Assembly: GCA_030693295.1 (NCBI GenBank)
Contig: JAUYAT010000034.1
Span: forward strand, 1-54,276
Length of the DNA: 54,276 bases
Reading direction: 5' to 3'
Source of the DNA: a bacterium
GTDB lineage: Bacteria > Patescibacteriota > Patescibacteriia > Patescibacteriales > VMTK01
Positions 8,908-18,563 of this stretch are shown here, one piece after another. The position numbers and the translations under genes are program-made. Every line of letters starts with the position of its first letter. The first letter of the stretch is position 1. Below the pieces are notes generated by a model, which saw only the letters and a program-made list of their open reading frames with translations, did no database searches and was not told the origin of the DNA.

Positions 8908-9989
8908 ATATGTTCCACAATTTTAACTATTTCCTCGTTCGCTCCTCTTTTTATAACCTCTTTAATGTTGCCGCTCAACTTGCCGCGCAGTATCCCGTCG
9001 TTTAACAGCTTTTTAATATTATCGGCCAATTTTTCCGGAGTTAATTCCTTCTGGGCTAAAACGATCGCCGCTTGCTTTTCGGCGAAAATCGCCGCGTTTT
9101 CCTCCTGATGCGAATCAGGCATCGGAATTAAAATCGCCGGCTTGCCCAAATAAGAAAGCTCCGTCAATACTCCCATGCCGCAGCGGCTCACTACAATATC
9201 GGCCGCGGCATAGGCATCCGCCATTTGTTCGGCATTGAGAAAATCGTAATTTTTGTAATTTGGTTTTTTGTTTCTTGTTTCTTGTTTCTTGTTTCTTCCT
9301 GCTATATGTATTATTTGGCAAAATTTTGTTAATTCATTTAAGTTCTGCCATACTAATTCGTTTACCGCCATCGCGCCCGTCCCCCCGCCGATCACCAAAA
9401 CAACCGGCAAATCGCTTTTTAAATTAAAACTGTTCCTTGCTCCTTGTTCCTTGTTCCTTGTTGTCATGCTCCGCCTGACTGGGTTTCCTGTCCAAACCGC
9501 TTTTTTACCATAATCGGCTAATGATTTTTCAAAAGCCACTGTAATGGCGCGGGCGAACGGCGCCATTAATTTATTGGCCAAACCCGGCCGCGCGTCCTGC
9601 TGGTGGATTAAAACCGGCGCGCGCAAAAGCCAAGCAGCCCAAACCGCGGGAACGCTTGCAAAACTGCCGGCGCTCATAACCAAATCAGGCCGCCATTTTA
9701 AAATAATAAAAAACGACTGGACAAAGCCAAATATTATTAAAAACGGGTCAATAAAATTGCGCCAACTAAAATAGCGGCGAAATTTACCATTGGCGATTGC
9801 TTTAAATTTAATATCTTCCTTTTCCACCATTTCACGCTCCGGCCCATGCTTCGTGCCAAGCCATAAAAAATTCGTAATTCTTAATTCGTAATTCTTAATT
9901 CGTAATTCTTCAGCCACCGCCAACAACGGCGCCACTGAACCTCCCGTGCCCCCGCCGGTTAATAAAATTTTGGCATTTTTCACTGACAT
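8889..9989 (-). CDS. murG: lipid II GlcNAc transferase MurG
   Basis: LTGGGTGG, PGLANK, WTGNPVR and HQEENA motifs; adjacent to ftsW. Confidence 0.93.
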   Translation of the reverse strand: MSVKNAKILLTGGGTGGSVAPLLAVAEELRIKNYELRITNFLWLGTKHGPEREMVEKEDIKFKAIANGKFRRYFSWRNFIDPFLIIFGFVQSFFIILKWRPDLVMSAGSFASVPAVWAAWLLRAPVLIHQQDARPGLANKLMAPFARAITVAFEKSLADYGKKAVWTGNPVRRSMTTRNKEQGARNSFNLKSDLPVVLVIGGGTGAMAVNELVWQNLNELTKFCQIIHIAGRNKKQETRNKKPNYKNYDFLNAEQMADAYAAADIVVSRCGMGVLTELSYLGKPAILIPMPDSHQEENAAIFAEKQAAIVLAQKELTPEKLADNIKKLLNDGILRGKLSGNIKEVIKRGANEEIVKIVEHICKIAI

Positions 9990-10030
9990 AAATTTAATTT
10001 TGTTCTTTATCTTGCTTGCCCGCCATAGCT

Positions 10031-11173
10031 TTAGCGAAGGCGGGTCTGTTTGCTAATATTAACAAGTATGCCCATAGCCGCTAAACTAGCCATCATCGCC
10101 GAACCGCCCGAACTTACAAAGGGCAAGGGAACACCAGTCATAGGCAACAACTTAATTATTCCGCCAATATTTAATATCGCCTGAAAAACTATCCAAGCAA
10201 CAATGCCAATAGCTAAATTCTTGCCAAAATCATCAGGCGCTTTTTTAGCTATAGAAATTCCTCTGTAAAATAAAAAAATAAATAATAATACCAATAATCC
10301 GCTTACAATTAATCCTGTTTCTTCAGCAATGATAGAAAAAATAAAATCATTTTCCAACTCGGGAATATATAAAAATTTCTGCCTGCTGTTCCCTAATCCC
10401 CTGCCAAAAATACCGCCAGAGCCAACAGCTATTAAAGATTGTTTAATTTGATAGCAATAATTCTGCGGGCTAAAATCAGGATTTCTATAGCACTTAAAAC
10501 GATTTAATTGATGCTCATTTTTTAATACTAAAGCCGTTAAACCAATAATGCTGATTAAGCTAATAATAATAATGTACTTAAGATTGCCGCCGCTTACAAA
10601 ATAAACCACGAATGAAGTTATTATAATAATAAACAAAGTTCCCAAATCCGGCTGTAGCAGCATAAGCCCGGCGATTACTCCTAAAATAATCATTAAGGGG
10701 CCTATGCCTTGATGAAAATCATTTATTTGTTTACCGCGGCTTTCCAGCCAAGCCGCCAAATACAGCAAAAAAGACAATTTAACGAATTCCGATGGCTGTA
10801 AAGATTGTCCAAAAATATCTATCCAGCTGCGCGAACCACGCACTATCTTGCCTAAGCCGGGAATAAAAACCAAAAGCAGCATAACAATGGAAAAAATTAA
10901 AAAACCAAAAGCGTATTTTTTCCATTTATGGTAATCTACGCGCGCGAAAAACAAAAATGCGATTATTCCCGCAAACAATCCTAATAACTGATGCTTGAAA
11001 AAATAATAGCTGTCATTGTACTCTTTGTAGGCCACTACCAACGAGGCGCTGGAAAGCATAACAAGGCCGAAAACAACAATAACGGCTGTCGTTATTATCA
11101 AACTCCAATCCGGCTCATGCTGGCTGGCGCGCGGCTTTATTAAGTTATTAATTGTTTGTTTGACGCGAGACAT
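10031..11173 (-). CDS. ftsW: SEDS protein FtsW
   Basis: LQPSEFVK, QPDLGT, TGVPLPFVSSGGS; start taken at MSRVK. Confidence 0.92.
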   Translation of the reverse strand: MSRVKQTINNLIKPRASQHEPDWSLIITTAVIVVFGLVMLSSASLVVAYKEYNDSYYFFKHQLLGLFAGIIAFLFFARVDYHKWKKYAFGFLIFSIVMLLLVFIPGLGKIVRGSRSWIDIFGQSLQPSEFVKLSFLLYLAAWLESRGKQINDFHQGIGPLMIILGVIAGLMLLQPDLGTLFIIIITSFVVYFVSGGNLKYIIIISLISIIGLTALVLKNEHQLNRFKCYRNPDFSPQNYCYQIKQSLIAVGSGGIFGRGLGNSRQKFLYIPELENDFIFSIIAEETGLIVSGLLVLLFIFLFYRGISIAKKAPDDFGKNLAIGIVAWIVFQAILNIGGIIKLLPMTGVPLPFVSSGGSAMMASLAAMGILVNISKQTRLR

Positions 11174-11292
11174 AAAAAATACAAAATACCAAAAATCAAA
11201 AATCAAAAACAAATATGCAAAAATGAAAAAACTAAAAAGTTTTTAAGTTTTAAGGTATTTATTTTTGGTTTTTGGTATTTAATTTTTAATAT

Positions 11293-12345
11293 TTACATTG
11301 TTTTGTCCAATAAAAACACAATCAGCCCGATAACGGCTGTTACACCGGAAATCACCCAGAAGCGCATAACGATTTTCGTCTCCGGCCAGCCCTTGGCTTC
11401 AAGGTGGTGGTGAATCGGCGCCGACAAAAAGACTTTTCTGCCTCCGCGCAGTTTTTTTGATAAAATTTGGATAATTACCGAAGCCGATTCCATGACAAAA
11501 ATAAAGCCGATAATGGGCAGAATCAAGGCGCTGTTAGTAAGCATCGCGATGACGCCCAAAGTTACGCCCAAGCTCATTGCTCCAGTATCCCCCATGTAAA
11601 AACGGGCGGGGCTTATATTAAACCATAGGAAAGCCAACAGCGCGCCGACAATCACGCCGCAAAAAGTAGCTAAGTCATACTTTTCCGCGGTAAAAGCGAT
11701 AACTCCGTAAGCGGCAAAGCAAGTCAAAAGAACTCCGCCGGCCAAGCCGTCAAGGCCGTCGGTTTCATTAACGGAAAAAGCGGTCGCGGCTATGACAAAA
11801 ATAAAAATTAAAATATACGGCCAGCCCAGCTGAAAATCGCCAGCGAAAGGAATATGAAACAAATCCCAATCTAATTTAAAATAAAACCACCAAGCGCCGA
11901 CTGAAGCGATAAGTGTGTAAATAATCAAGCGATATTTTACGCCCAATCCGGCGCCGGCAAAAATTCCTTTGCCTCGCACGTCAAGCCAATCGTCAAATAA
12001 GCCGACCAAAGCGGTCGCGACCAACGCGCCTAATGGCAATAAAGTTTGGCTGCGCGACAGGAAATTCAAATTTTTGAATATTTCCCACGGCAAAAATTCA
12101 GCCGAATAATAAAACAGCAAACTGAAAATTAAAACCGTTACCCAAATCAACAGGCCTCCCATTGTCGGCGTCCCCGCCTTATGCGCATGCATTTTTGTAA
12201 AAATAGGCGTTGAACCGTTGTTTCTTATCTGCTTGCCCAATTTATATTTATACAAAAAATGGGTTAAAGCCGGAGTCCAAGCAATGGCAAAAATAAAAGC
12301 CAGCGCGCTCAAAAGCAAAATCTTGATGACATAGAAATCAATCAT
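11293..12345 (-). CDS. mraY: phospho-MurNAc-pentapeptide transferase
   Basis: KAGTPTMGG, NETDGLDGL, YMGDTG and APIHHHLE motifs. Confidence 0.95.
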   Translation of the reverse strand: MIDFYVIKILLLSALAFIFAIAWTPALTHFLYKYKLGKQIRNNGSTPIFTKMHAHKAGTPTMGGLLIWVTVLIFSLLFYYSAEFLPWEIFKNLNFLSRSQTLLPLGALVATALVGLFDDWLDVRGKGIFAGAGLGVKYRLIIYTLIASVGAWWFYFKLDWDLFHIPFAGDFQLGWPYILIFIFVIAATAFSVNETDGLDGLAGGVLLTCFAAYGVIAFTAEKYDLATFCGVIVGALLAFLWFNISPARFYMGDTGAMSLGVTLGVIAMLTNSALILPIIGFIFVMESASVIIQILSKKLRGGRKVFLSAPIHHHLEAKGWPETKIVMRFWVISGVTAVIGLIVFLLDKTM

Positions 12346-12349
12346 AATA

Positions 12350-12763
12350 TTACCTGAAATTAATTAAATAAAGCGAAGCCAATCCGGCCAGCAAAAACAA
12401 ATTAGCCAATATCGCCCCTGACAGCAATAAATGAACAATAAACTTGCCTTGCCTGTGGATAACGGCCGATAAAATGAAATTTATTAAAATTATAATTAAA
12501 CCCAATAAAGGTATGAGATAAATTTTTTTCGCGCCACCGATCAAGTTAACCCCGAAATCAATATTATAATGCAAGACAATCAAATTCTGGCTTACATTCT
12601 TATTAATCGTGTAAGCCGCAAACCAATTCAATGAATTTAATCCTAATAATACGGCTAAATAAACACGCGCGCAAAAAAAACTTAGGAAATTCAAAATCAT
12701 TTCCTGGCCGTTTAAGCGGCCAAAATGAATAATATTCAACAGTTTTAACCAATTAATTTCCAT
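12350..12763 (-). CDS. hypothetical membrane protein
   Basis: Three hydrophobic segments, LHYNIDFGV motif; upstream of mraY. Confidence 0.65.
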   Translation of the reverse strand: MEINWLKLLNIIHFGRLNGQEMILNFLSFFCARVYLAVLLGLNSLNWFAAYTINKNVSQNLIVLHYNIDFGVNLIGGAKKIYLIPLLGLIIILINFILSAVIHRQGKFIVHLLLSGAILANLFLLAGLASLYLINFR

Positions 12764-12822
12764 AATTATAATTTACCATACTTTCCATTAATTTAAAACT
12801 CTTTCCACTATACGCGGTTTTA

Positions 12823-12853
12823 TGTTATAATTATATTAGTTTTATGGTATAAT
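12823..12853 (+). promoter_or_regulatory. two extended -10 elements upstream of pilB
   Basis: TGTTATAAT at 12823 and TGGTATAAT at 12845. Confidence 0.45.
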
Positions 12854-12863
12854 AACAAAAACT

Positions 12864-14591
12864 ATGTTTACCGACAAACAATTAAAAAATATATTGGACA
12901 AGGCAAAAATATTGCCGGCTAAAGAATTTGACAAATTAATGGAAGAAGCTGCTGTCAGCGGCAAAAAGGTTGAAAGTTATCTATACGAAAAAAAAATAAT
13001 CACTCCCTCGTCGCTATACGAAAATGCCGCTAATTATTTTAAAGTTCCTTTCATCAACCTTAAAGATCAAATAATCCGCAAAGACATCTTAATGAGCATC
13101 CCCGAACCGATTTCAGCCACGCATAAGCTTATCGCTTTTGCCGCTGACAATAAAGAACTGAAAATCGCCGCGCTTGACCCCGAAGATTTGGAAATTTTTG
13201 AATTCATCAAGAAAAAAACAAAGCTCAAGCCGAAAATATATTTAACATCCCCTGAAGGCATAGAAGAAGGATTAAAACAATACCATAAAAGCTTAAAAGC
13301 CGAGTTCAAAGATTTGACTGGCGAGAGTAAAATTGAGCCGACAGACGATAAAAATTTGAAAAAATTGGCTGAAGACATGCCTATTGTCAGGATTGTGGAC
13401 ACGCTCTTGGAATACGCGATTTTTGAGGGGGCCAGCGACATCCATATTGAGCCGGAAGAAAAAGATATTATCGTCCGCTATCGCATTGACGGGGTCTTGC
13501 ACAATGTAATGGTTTTGCCGAAAAATGTCCAGTCCGGCATTATCGCGCGCATTAAAATCTTATCCAATTTAAAAGTTGACGAGCATCGCCTGCCCCAAGA
13601 CGGGCGCTTTAAAATATCCTCAAAAGATTACAAAATCTCGTTCAGAGTTTCCATTATCCCCACTTTTGACGGCGAAAAAATCGTTATGCGCTTATTAAAC
13701 GAAAAAGCGCAGGTCTTATCATTGGAGCAACTGGGCCTGCAGCCAAGCAGTTTGGAAGTTTTAAAGCGCAATATCAGCAAGCCCCACGGGATGATTTTAG
13801 TAACAGGCCCGACCGGATCCGGCAAAACCACCACTCTCTACACGGTGCTTAATATTTTAAACACCCCCGAAGTTAATATTTTAACGGTGGAGGATCCGAT
13901 TGAATATCGCATGCCGCGCGTTAATCAATCTCAAATTAATCCAAAAATCGGCTATACTTTCGCCGCCGGCTTGCGCGCCTTTCTCCGCCAAGACCCCGAT
14001 ATCATCATGGTTGGCGAAATACGCGACCAGGAAACGGCGGAAATCGCCATTCACGCCGCCATGACAGGCCACTTGGTCCTTTCCACTTTGCACACAAATG
14101 ACGCGGTTACCACTCTGCCCCGGCTTTCCGATATGGGCATTCCGTCATTTTTAATCGCTTCAACCACTAATGTTATTGTTGCCCAAAGGTTAGTCAGAAA
14201 AATCTGCCCTAATTGCATTCAAAGCTACAAGCTTGACGCGCAAACCGTCAATGAGCTCAATAAGCAGCTTAACATTGAAAATATTTTGCAGATTTTGCAA
14301 AAAGAAAGAGCTATTGCCGACGCGAAAACCGACTTGCAATCATTGCTTTTCTACAGAGGCAAAGGATGCAAACAATGCAACAACAGCGGCTATAAAGGCA
14401 GAATCGGCATTTACGAAACTCTGGAAATTACCGAGGAAATATATGATTTAATTTTAAAAAAGGCGGGCAATAACGAACTGAAAAAACAAGCCGACGCCCA
14501 GGGCATGCTTGCCATCATTGAAGACGGCTTTATCAAGGCCAAAAACGGCATCACCACCATTGAAGAGGTGATGAGGGTTACAAAAGAATAA
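12864..14591 (+). CDS. pilB: type IV pilus assembly ATPase PilB/GspE
   Basis: ASDIHIEP, GPTGSGKTT, LRQDPDIIMVGEIRD, TGHLVLSTLH and CxxC pairs. Confidence 0.93.
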   Translation: MFTDKQLKNILDKAKILPAKEFDKLMEEAAVSGKKVESYLYEKKIITPSSLYENAANYFKVPFINLKDQIIRKDILMSIPEPISATHKLIAFAADNKELKIAALDPEDLEIFEFIKKKTKLKPKIYLTSPEGIEEGLKQYHKSLKAEFKDLTGESKIEPTDDKNLKKLAEDMPIVRIVDTLLEYAIFEGASDIHIEPEEKDIIVRYRIDGVLHNVMVLPKNVQSGIIARIKILSNLKVDEHRLPQDGRFKISSKDYKISFRVSIIPTFDGEKIVMRLLNEKAQVLSLEQLGLQPSSLEVLKRNISKPHGMILVTGPTGSGKTTTLYTVLNILNTPEVNILTVEDPIEYRMPRVNQSQINPKIGYTFAAGLRAFLRQDPDIIMVGEIRDQETAEIAIHAAMTGHLVLSTLHTNDAVTTLPRLSDMGIPSFLIASTTNVIVAQRLVRKICPNCIQSYKLDAQTVNELNKQLNIENILQILQKERAIADAKTDLQSLLFYRGKGCKQCNNSGYKGRIGIYETLEITEEIYDLILKKAGNNELKKQADAQGMLAIIEDGFIKAKNGITTIEEVMRVTKE

Positions 14592-14621
14592 TTTTTAATT
14601 TTTAATTTTCAATTAAAAAAA

Positions 14622-15749
14622 ATGGCTATCAATCTTCCCAAACGACAAAAAGAAATAATCAAGGAAAAAAAATCCGTTATAAATAAAATCAATGATTTTA
14701 TCGCGCGCCTTTCCCGGGTGCCTTTAAAAGAAAAGCTGTTTTTCGTCCAATATCTTAGCGTTATGCTTAAGGCGGGAATTTCTTTATCAGTCGCTTTAAA
14801 AACATTGACCAAGCAAGCTGAAAATAAATTTTTCGCGAAAGTTTTAAAGGAAATATCCTGCAATGTGGAAAAGGGGGTAAGTTTTGCCGAGAGCTTAAAG
14901 CCGTATAAAAAAATTTTTGGCGAACTTTTTATCAATATGATTGAAGCAGGCGAAGTTTCGGGCAAACTGGAAGATGTTTTAAGCCAGCTTTATACGCAGC
15001 TGAAAAAACAGCATGAATTAATTTCCAAAGTAAAAGGCGCTTTGACTTATCCCGTGATAATACTTGTCGCCATGGCGGGAATCGGCACCTTTATGATGAT
15101 TTTTATTGTGCCGAAAATAACAGGCATGTTTAAAGATTTCAACGCCGAACTGCCTCTGCCCACCAAGATTTTAATAGGCATAAGCGACGCTTTGGTCAAT
15201 AACGGGCTTCTTTCCCTGGTTATTTTCATAGTCGTTGTTTTGGCCTTAATTCAAATTTTGCGGACTTACAAAGGAAAATATTATTTTCAAGCCATTCTTT
15301 TAAAGCTGCCTATTTTCGCTCCGATTATAAAAAAAATCAACTTGGCGAGATTCGCCAGAACCGTAAGCGGCTTGCTGAAAACCGACATCATGATAATAAA
15401 AACTTTTCAAATAACCGCCAGCGTATTGGGAAATTTGCATTACAGAAAAGCGCTGGAAGAGATGGGCGAGAAAATAAAAAAAGGCAGCCAAATCAACGAG
15501 ATTGTCGCGTCCTATCCCCGGCTCTTTCCCCCTGTTGTTTGCCAAATGATATCTGTCGGCGAGGAGACTGGCGAACTGGATAATATTTTATCCGAGCTCG
15601 CCGAATTTTACGAAAATGAAATAGATCAAATTATGAGCAACCTGCCGTCTATCATTGAGCCGGTTTTGATCCTATTCTTAGGTTGCGGCGTCGGCGCGAT
15701 GGCAGTGGCGATTATCATGCCAATGTATTCAATAACACAAGCGATGTAA
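14622..15749 (+). CDS. pilC: type IV pilus platform protein PilC/GspF
   Basis: GEVSGKL, ALTYP, GEETGEL and IIEP motifs. Confidence 0.92.
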   Translation: MAINLPKRQKEIIKEKKSVINKINDFIARLSRVPLKEKLFFVQYLSVMLKAGISLSVALKTLTKQAENKFFAKVLKEISCNVEKGVSFAESLKPYKKIFGELFINMIEAGEVSGKLEDVLSQLYTQLKKQHELISKVKGALTYPVIILVAMAGIGTFMMIFIVPKITGMFKDFNAELPLPTKILIGISDALVNNGLLSLVIFIVVVLALIQILRTYKGKYYFQAILLKLPIFAPIIKKINLARFARTVSGLLKTDIMIIKTFQITASVLGNLHYRKALEEMGEKIKKGSQINEIVASYPRLFPPVVCQMISVGEETGELDNILSELAEFYENEIDQIMSNLPSIIEPVLILFLGCGVGAMAVAIIMPMYSITQAM

Positions 15750-15759
15750 AAAAATATAA

Positions 15760-17844
15760 ATGCAAAATGCAAAAGTAAAAATTAAAAATAAACAATTCGG
15801 CTTTAGCTTAATAGAAGTTCTGGTTTCTGTTTTAATAGTTTCAGCTTTAACCTTGGCGATTTTTGATTTGATTATTTATTCTTTAAAAGTTACCGCTGAC
15901 AATAAATTCCGTCTGGCCGCCGCGATGATTGCCGATCAAAAAATGGAATATATCCGCAATCTTCCCTATGACAGCGTTGGAATTATAGGCAGCATTCCTA
16001 ACGGAGTGATACCGGCAGACGAAACTATTTCTCAAAATAATGGAATTTTTTATATTAATACTTTAATTACATATAAAGACGATCCCTTTGACGGCTTGTA
16101 CGGCGGAGTTCCTAATGATGCCACATCATCTGACTATAAAATAATCAGGGTAAAAGCAAGCTGGAACGGCCCTTTTGGCCAAAAAAATGTTACAACCTCC
16201 ACGATCATCGCGCCGCGCGGCATGGAAACCGACGCGGGCGGAGGCACGCTGTCAATACTTGTCTTTGACGCCAACGGGTTGCCGGTTGATGAGGCCTCTG
16301 TGCGCATAGAAAACAGCGGCCTTGTTCCGGCTGTTGATTTTACCGAAGAGACAAGCAACAGCGGAATATTAAATTTTCCGGGAGCGCCGGCATCAATTGA
16401 AGGCTATGAAATAACCGTTACAAAAACCGGCTACAGCACCAGCTCGACAACTGCCAGAACAGTGGCAAACCCCAATCCGACTTTACCCAATGTTACGGTT
16501 TTAGAAGGACAAAGGACCGAGGTAAGCTTTGCCATTGACTTGCTAAGCAACCTTACAATCAAAGCGGTAACGGCCATCTTGCCACAGAATTGGCAAATTA
16601 ACACCGATACTACCGCGGAAAGCCAGGAAAATCCGCGCTTAATATTTGATAATTCCGGCTTTATCTATATTGTCTGGCAAGATCTCCGCAGCGCCTCTGA
16701 CTTTAGAATTTACGCGCAAAAGTATAATTCCAGCCAACAAGCCCAATGGCCAAGCCCTGCTACGCCCGCTGATATAAGAGTAAGTACTGCTGTTAAACAA
16801 ATTTTTCCCGATATACTTGTGGATAATAACGGCGATTTGTATATCTGCTGGAATGATGACACTTTAGGGAATCAGGATGCTTATTTGGTTAAACTATCCG
16901 CCGCTAACGGAGGCGATATTTGGGGAGGAACTAAAAAAATTAATACTGCCGCCGACTCCAAAGATCAAACTCACGCGCGCATAGCTTTGCTAAAAATTAG
17001 CAATAATATAGCTGTTGTTTGGGAAGACAACAGAAATACTGACATTGATATTTATATGCAACTAATCACTCCTGCTAAAACTCAACTTTGGATACCGGAA
17101 AAAAGAGTAAATCGCAATCCTCTGTCTGACGGGACTAAACAATCTGAGCCGGAATTGGCCGTTGATTCCGTTGGAAATATTTATGTTGTCTGGACTGACA
17201 AGCGCAACGGCAACCAAGATATTTACGCGCAGAAATACAACGCGGCCGGCAGCGCGCTATGGGCGACAGACATTCTTATTAACACCAACGGCGGAACAAC
17301 TAACCAATATTCGCCTGACATCGCCATTGATTCCGTTGGCAATATCTATGTTGTCTGGACTGACGAGCGCAACGGCAACCGGGATATTTACGCGCAGAAA
17401 TACGACACGAGCGGCAGCGCTCTATGGGCTGAAGATTTAAGAGTAAACATTGATACCGGAACATCGGCGCAATACAACCCGGCCATAACCATTAACCCGG
17501 CGGATGACAAACCCTATGTTTCTTGGCAGGATGACAGAAACGGCGATCTGGATATTTACGCCAGCAACTTGGAACAATACGGCGCTGAAACGGCTGTGCC
17601 GAATGTTCCTATTACAGTTACAGGCGCTAAGAAAATAGGCGAAAATCCCATTATTTACAAATACTCCCAAAATTTCACTACCAATATTGCCGGAACGGTT
17701 ACCTTAACCGCTATTGAGTGGGATTCGTACAGCATCAGCCTGCAAGCCGGCTATACAACTTACGCGATTGCGCTGTCAAATCCCGTACAGCCCGTCAATC
17801 TTGAGCCAAACAGCTCCCAAACAATAACGGTTTATTTGGAGTAA
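15760..17844 (+). CDS. large prepilin-like protein with Ig-like domain and beta-propeller-type repeats
   Basis: GFSLIEVL N-methylation motif; repeated YVVWxDxRNGNxDIYAQK units. Confidence 0.8.
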   Translation: MQNAKVKIKNKQFGFSLIEVLVSVLIVSALTLAIFDLIIYSLKVTADNKFRLAAAMIADQKMEYIRNLPYDSVGIIGSIPNGVIPADETISQNNGIFYINTLITYKDDPFDGLYGGVPNDATSSDYKIIRVKASWNGPFGQKNVTTSTIIAPRGMETDAGGGTLSILVFDANGLPVDEASVRIENSGLVPAVDFTEETSNSGILNFPGAPASIEGYEITVTKTGYSTSSTTARTVANPNPTLPNVTVLEGQRTEVSFAIDLLSNLTIKAVTAILPQNWQINTDTTAESQENPRLIFDNSGFIYIVWQDLRSASDFRIYAQKYNSSQQAQWPSPATPADIRVSTAVKQIFPDILVDNNGDLYICWNDDTLGNQDAYLVKLSAANGGDIWGGTKKINTAADSKDQTHARIALLKISNNIAVVWEDNRNTDIDIYMQLITPAKTQLWIPEKRVNRNPLSDGTKQSEPELAVDSVGNIYVVWTDKRNGNQDIYAQKYNAAGSALWATDILINTNGGTTNQYSPDIAIDSVGNIYVVWTDERNGNRDIYAQKYDTSGSALWAEDLRVNIDTGTSAQYNPAITINPADDKPYVSWQDDRNGDLDIYASNLEQYGAETAVPNVPITVTGAKKIGENPIIYKYSQNFTTNIAGTVTLTAIEWDSYSISLQAGYTTYAIALSNPVQPVNLEPNSSQTITVYLE
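17158..17429 (+). repeat. 107-bp intragenic direct repeat, 165-bp period
   Basis: 17158-17264 and 17323-17429 are highly similar. Confidence 0.85.
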
Positions 17845-17848
17845 TATA

Positions 17849-18553
17849 ATGCCAAATATAAAAATGAAAAAATCTGCTAAAAAACAAAGCGGCTTCACCC
17901 CATTAGAGAAAGCCGCCAATTTTAATCAACGGTCATTACTATCTAACGGGGTAAAAGAACGCGGTTCTCTAACGGGGTTTACGCTCTTGGAAATAATTGT
18001 TGTCATTTCTATTTTTTTAATGCTGGCGATTATGTCTTCTGATTATATTATCATGGGATTCCGTTCAACAGCTTTTGGCTATGAGCAAGATGAAGCGGTG
18101 CAAAATGCCAGAAAGGTTATTAACTCTCTAATTAAAGAAATCAGGGAGGCGGCGCAAAGCGATCGCGGCGACTACTTATTGGACGCGGTTGAAACGCAAA
18201 ACTTCAGCTTCTACAGCAATGTTGATTCAGACAACAACACTGAAAAAGTAAGATACTTTTTAGACAACGGGGTTTTAAAAAGGGGGGTGATAGAGCCCGC
18301 CGGCGATCCGCTGAATTATTTGCCGGCTAATGAAACTGTTTCTGAAATTGCCCAATATATTAATAACCAAGCCGAACCGATGTTCACTTATTATGACACT
18401 GATTATAATTTAATCGCTAATCCGTCGGCCAATAAGCAAGATATCAGATTAATTAAAGTTTTTCTAAAAATAAATGTTACGCCGGAAAGAGCGCCCAATG
18501 ACTATACTATACAAATGGATATACAGCTAAGAAATTTAAAAGATAATCTATAA
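17849..18553 (+). CDS. minor pilin-like protein
   Basis: GFTLLEII motif preceded by a duplicated GFT caused by an 84-nt insert. Confidence 0.8.
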   Translation: MPNIKMKKSAKKQSGFTPLEKAANFNQRSLLSNGVKERGSLTGFTLLEIIVVISIFLMLAIMSSDYIIMGFRSTAFGYEQDEAVQNARKVINSLIKEIREAAQSDRGDYLLDAVETQNFSFYSNVDSDNNTEKVRYFLDNGVLKRGVIEPAGDPLNYLPANETVSEIAQYINNQAEPMFTYYDTDYNLIANPSANKQDIRLIKVFLKINVTPERAPNDYTIQMDIQLRNLKDNL

Positions 18554-18563
18554 ATTTTTAAAT

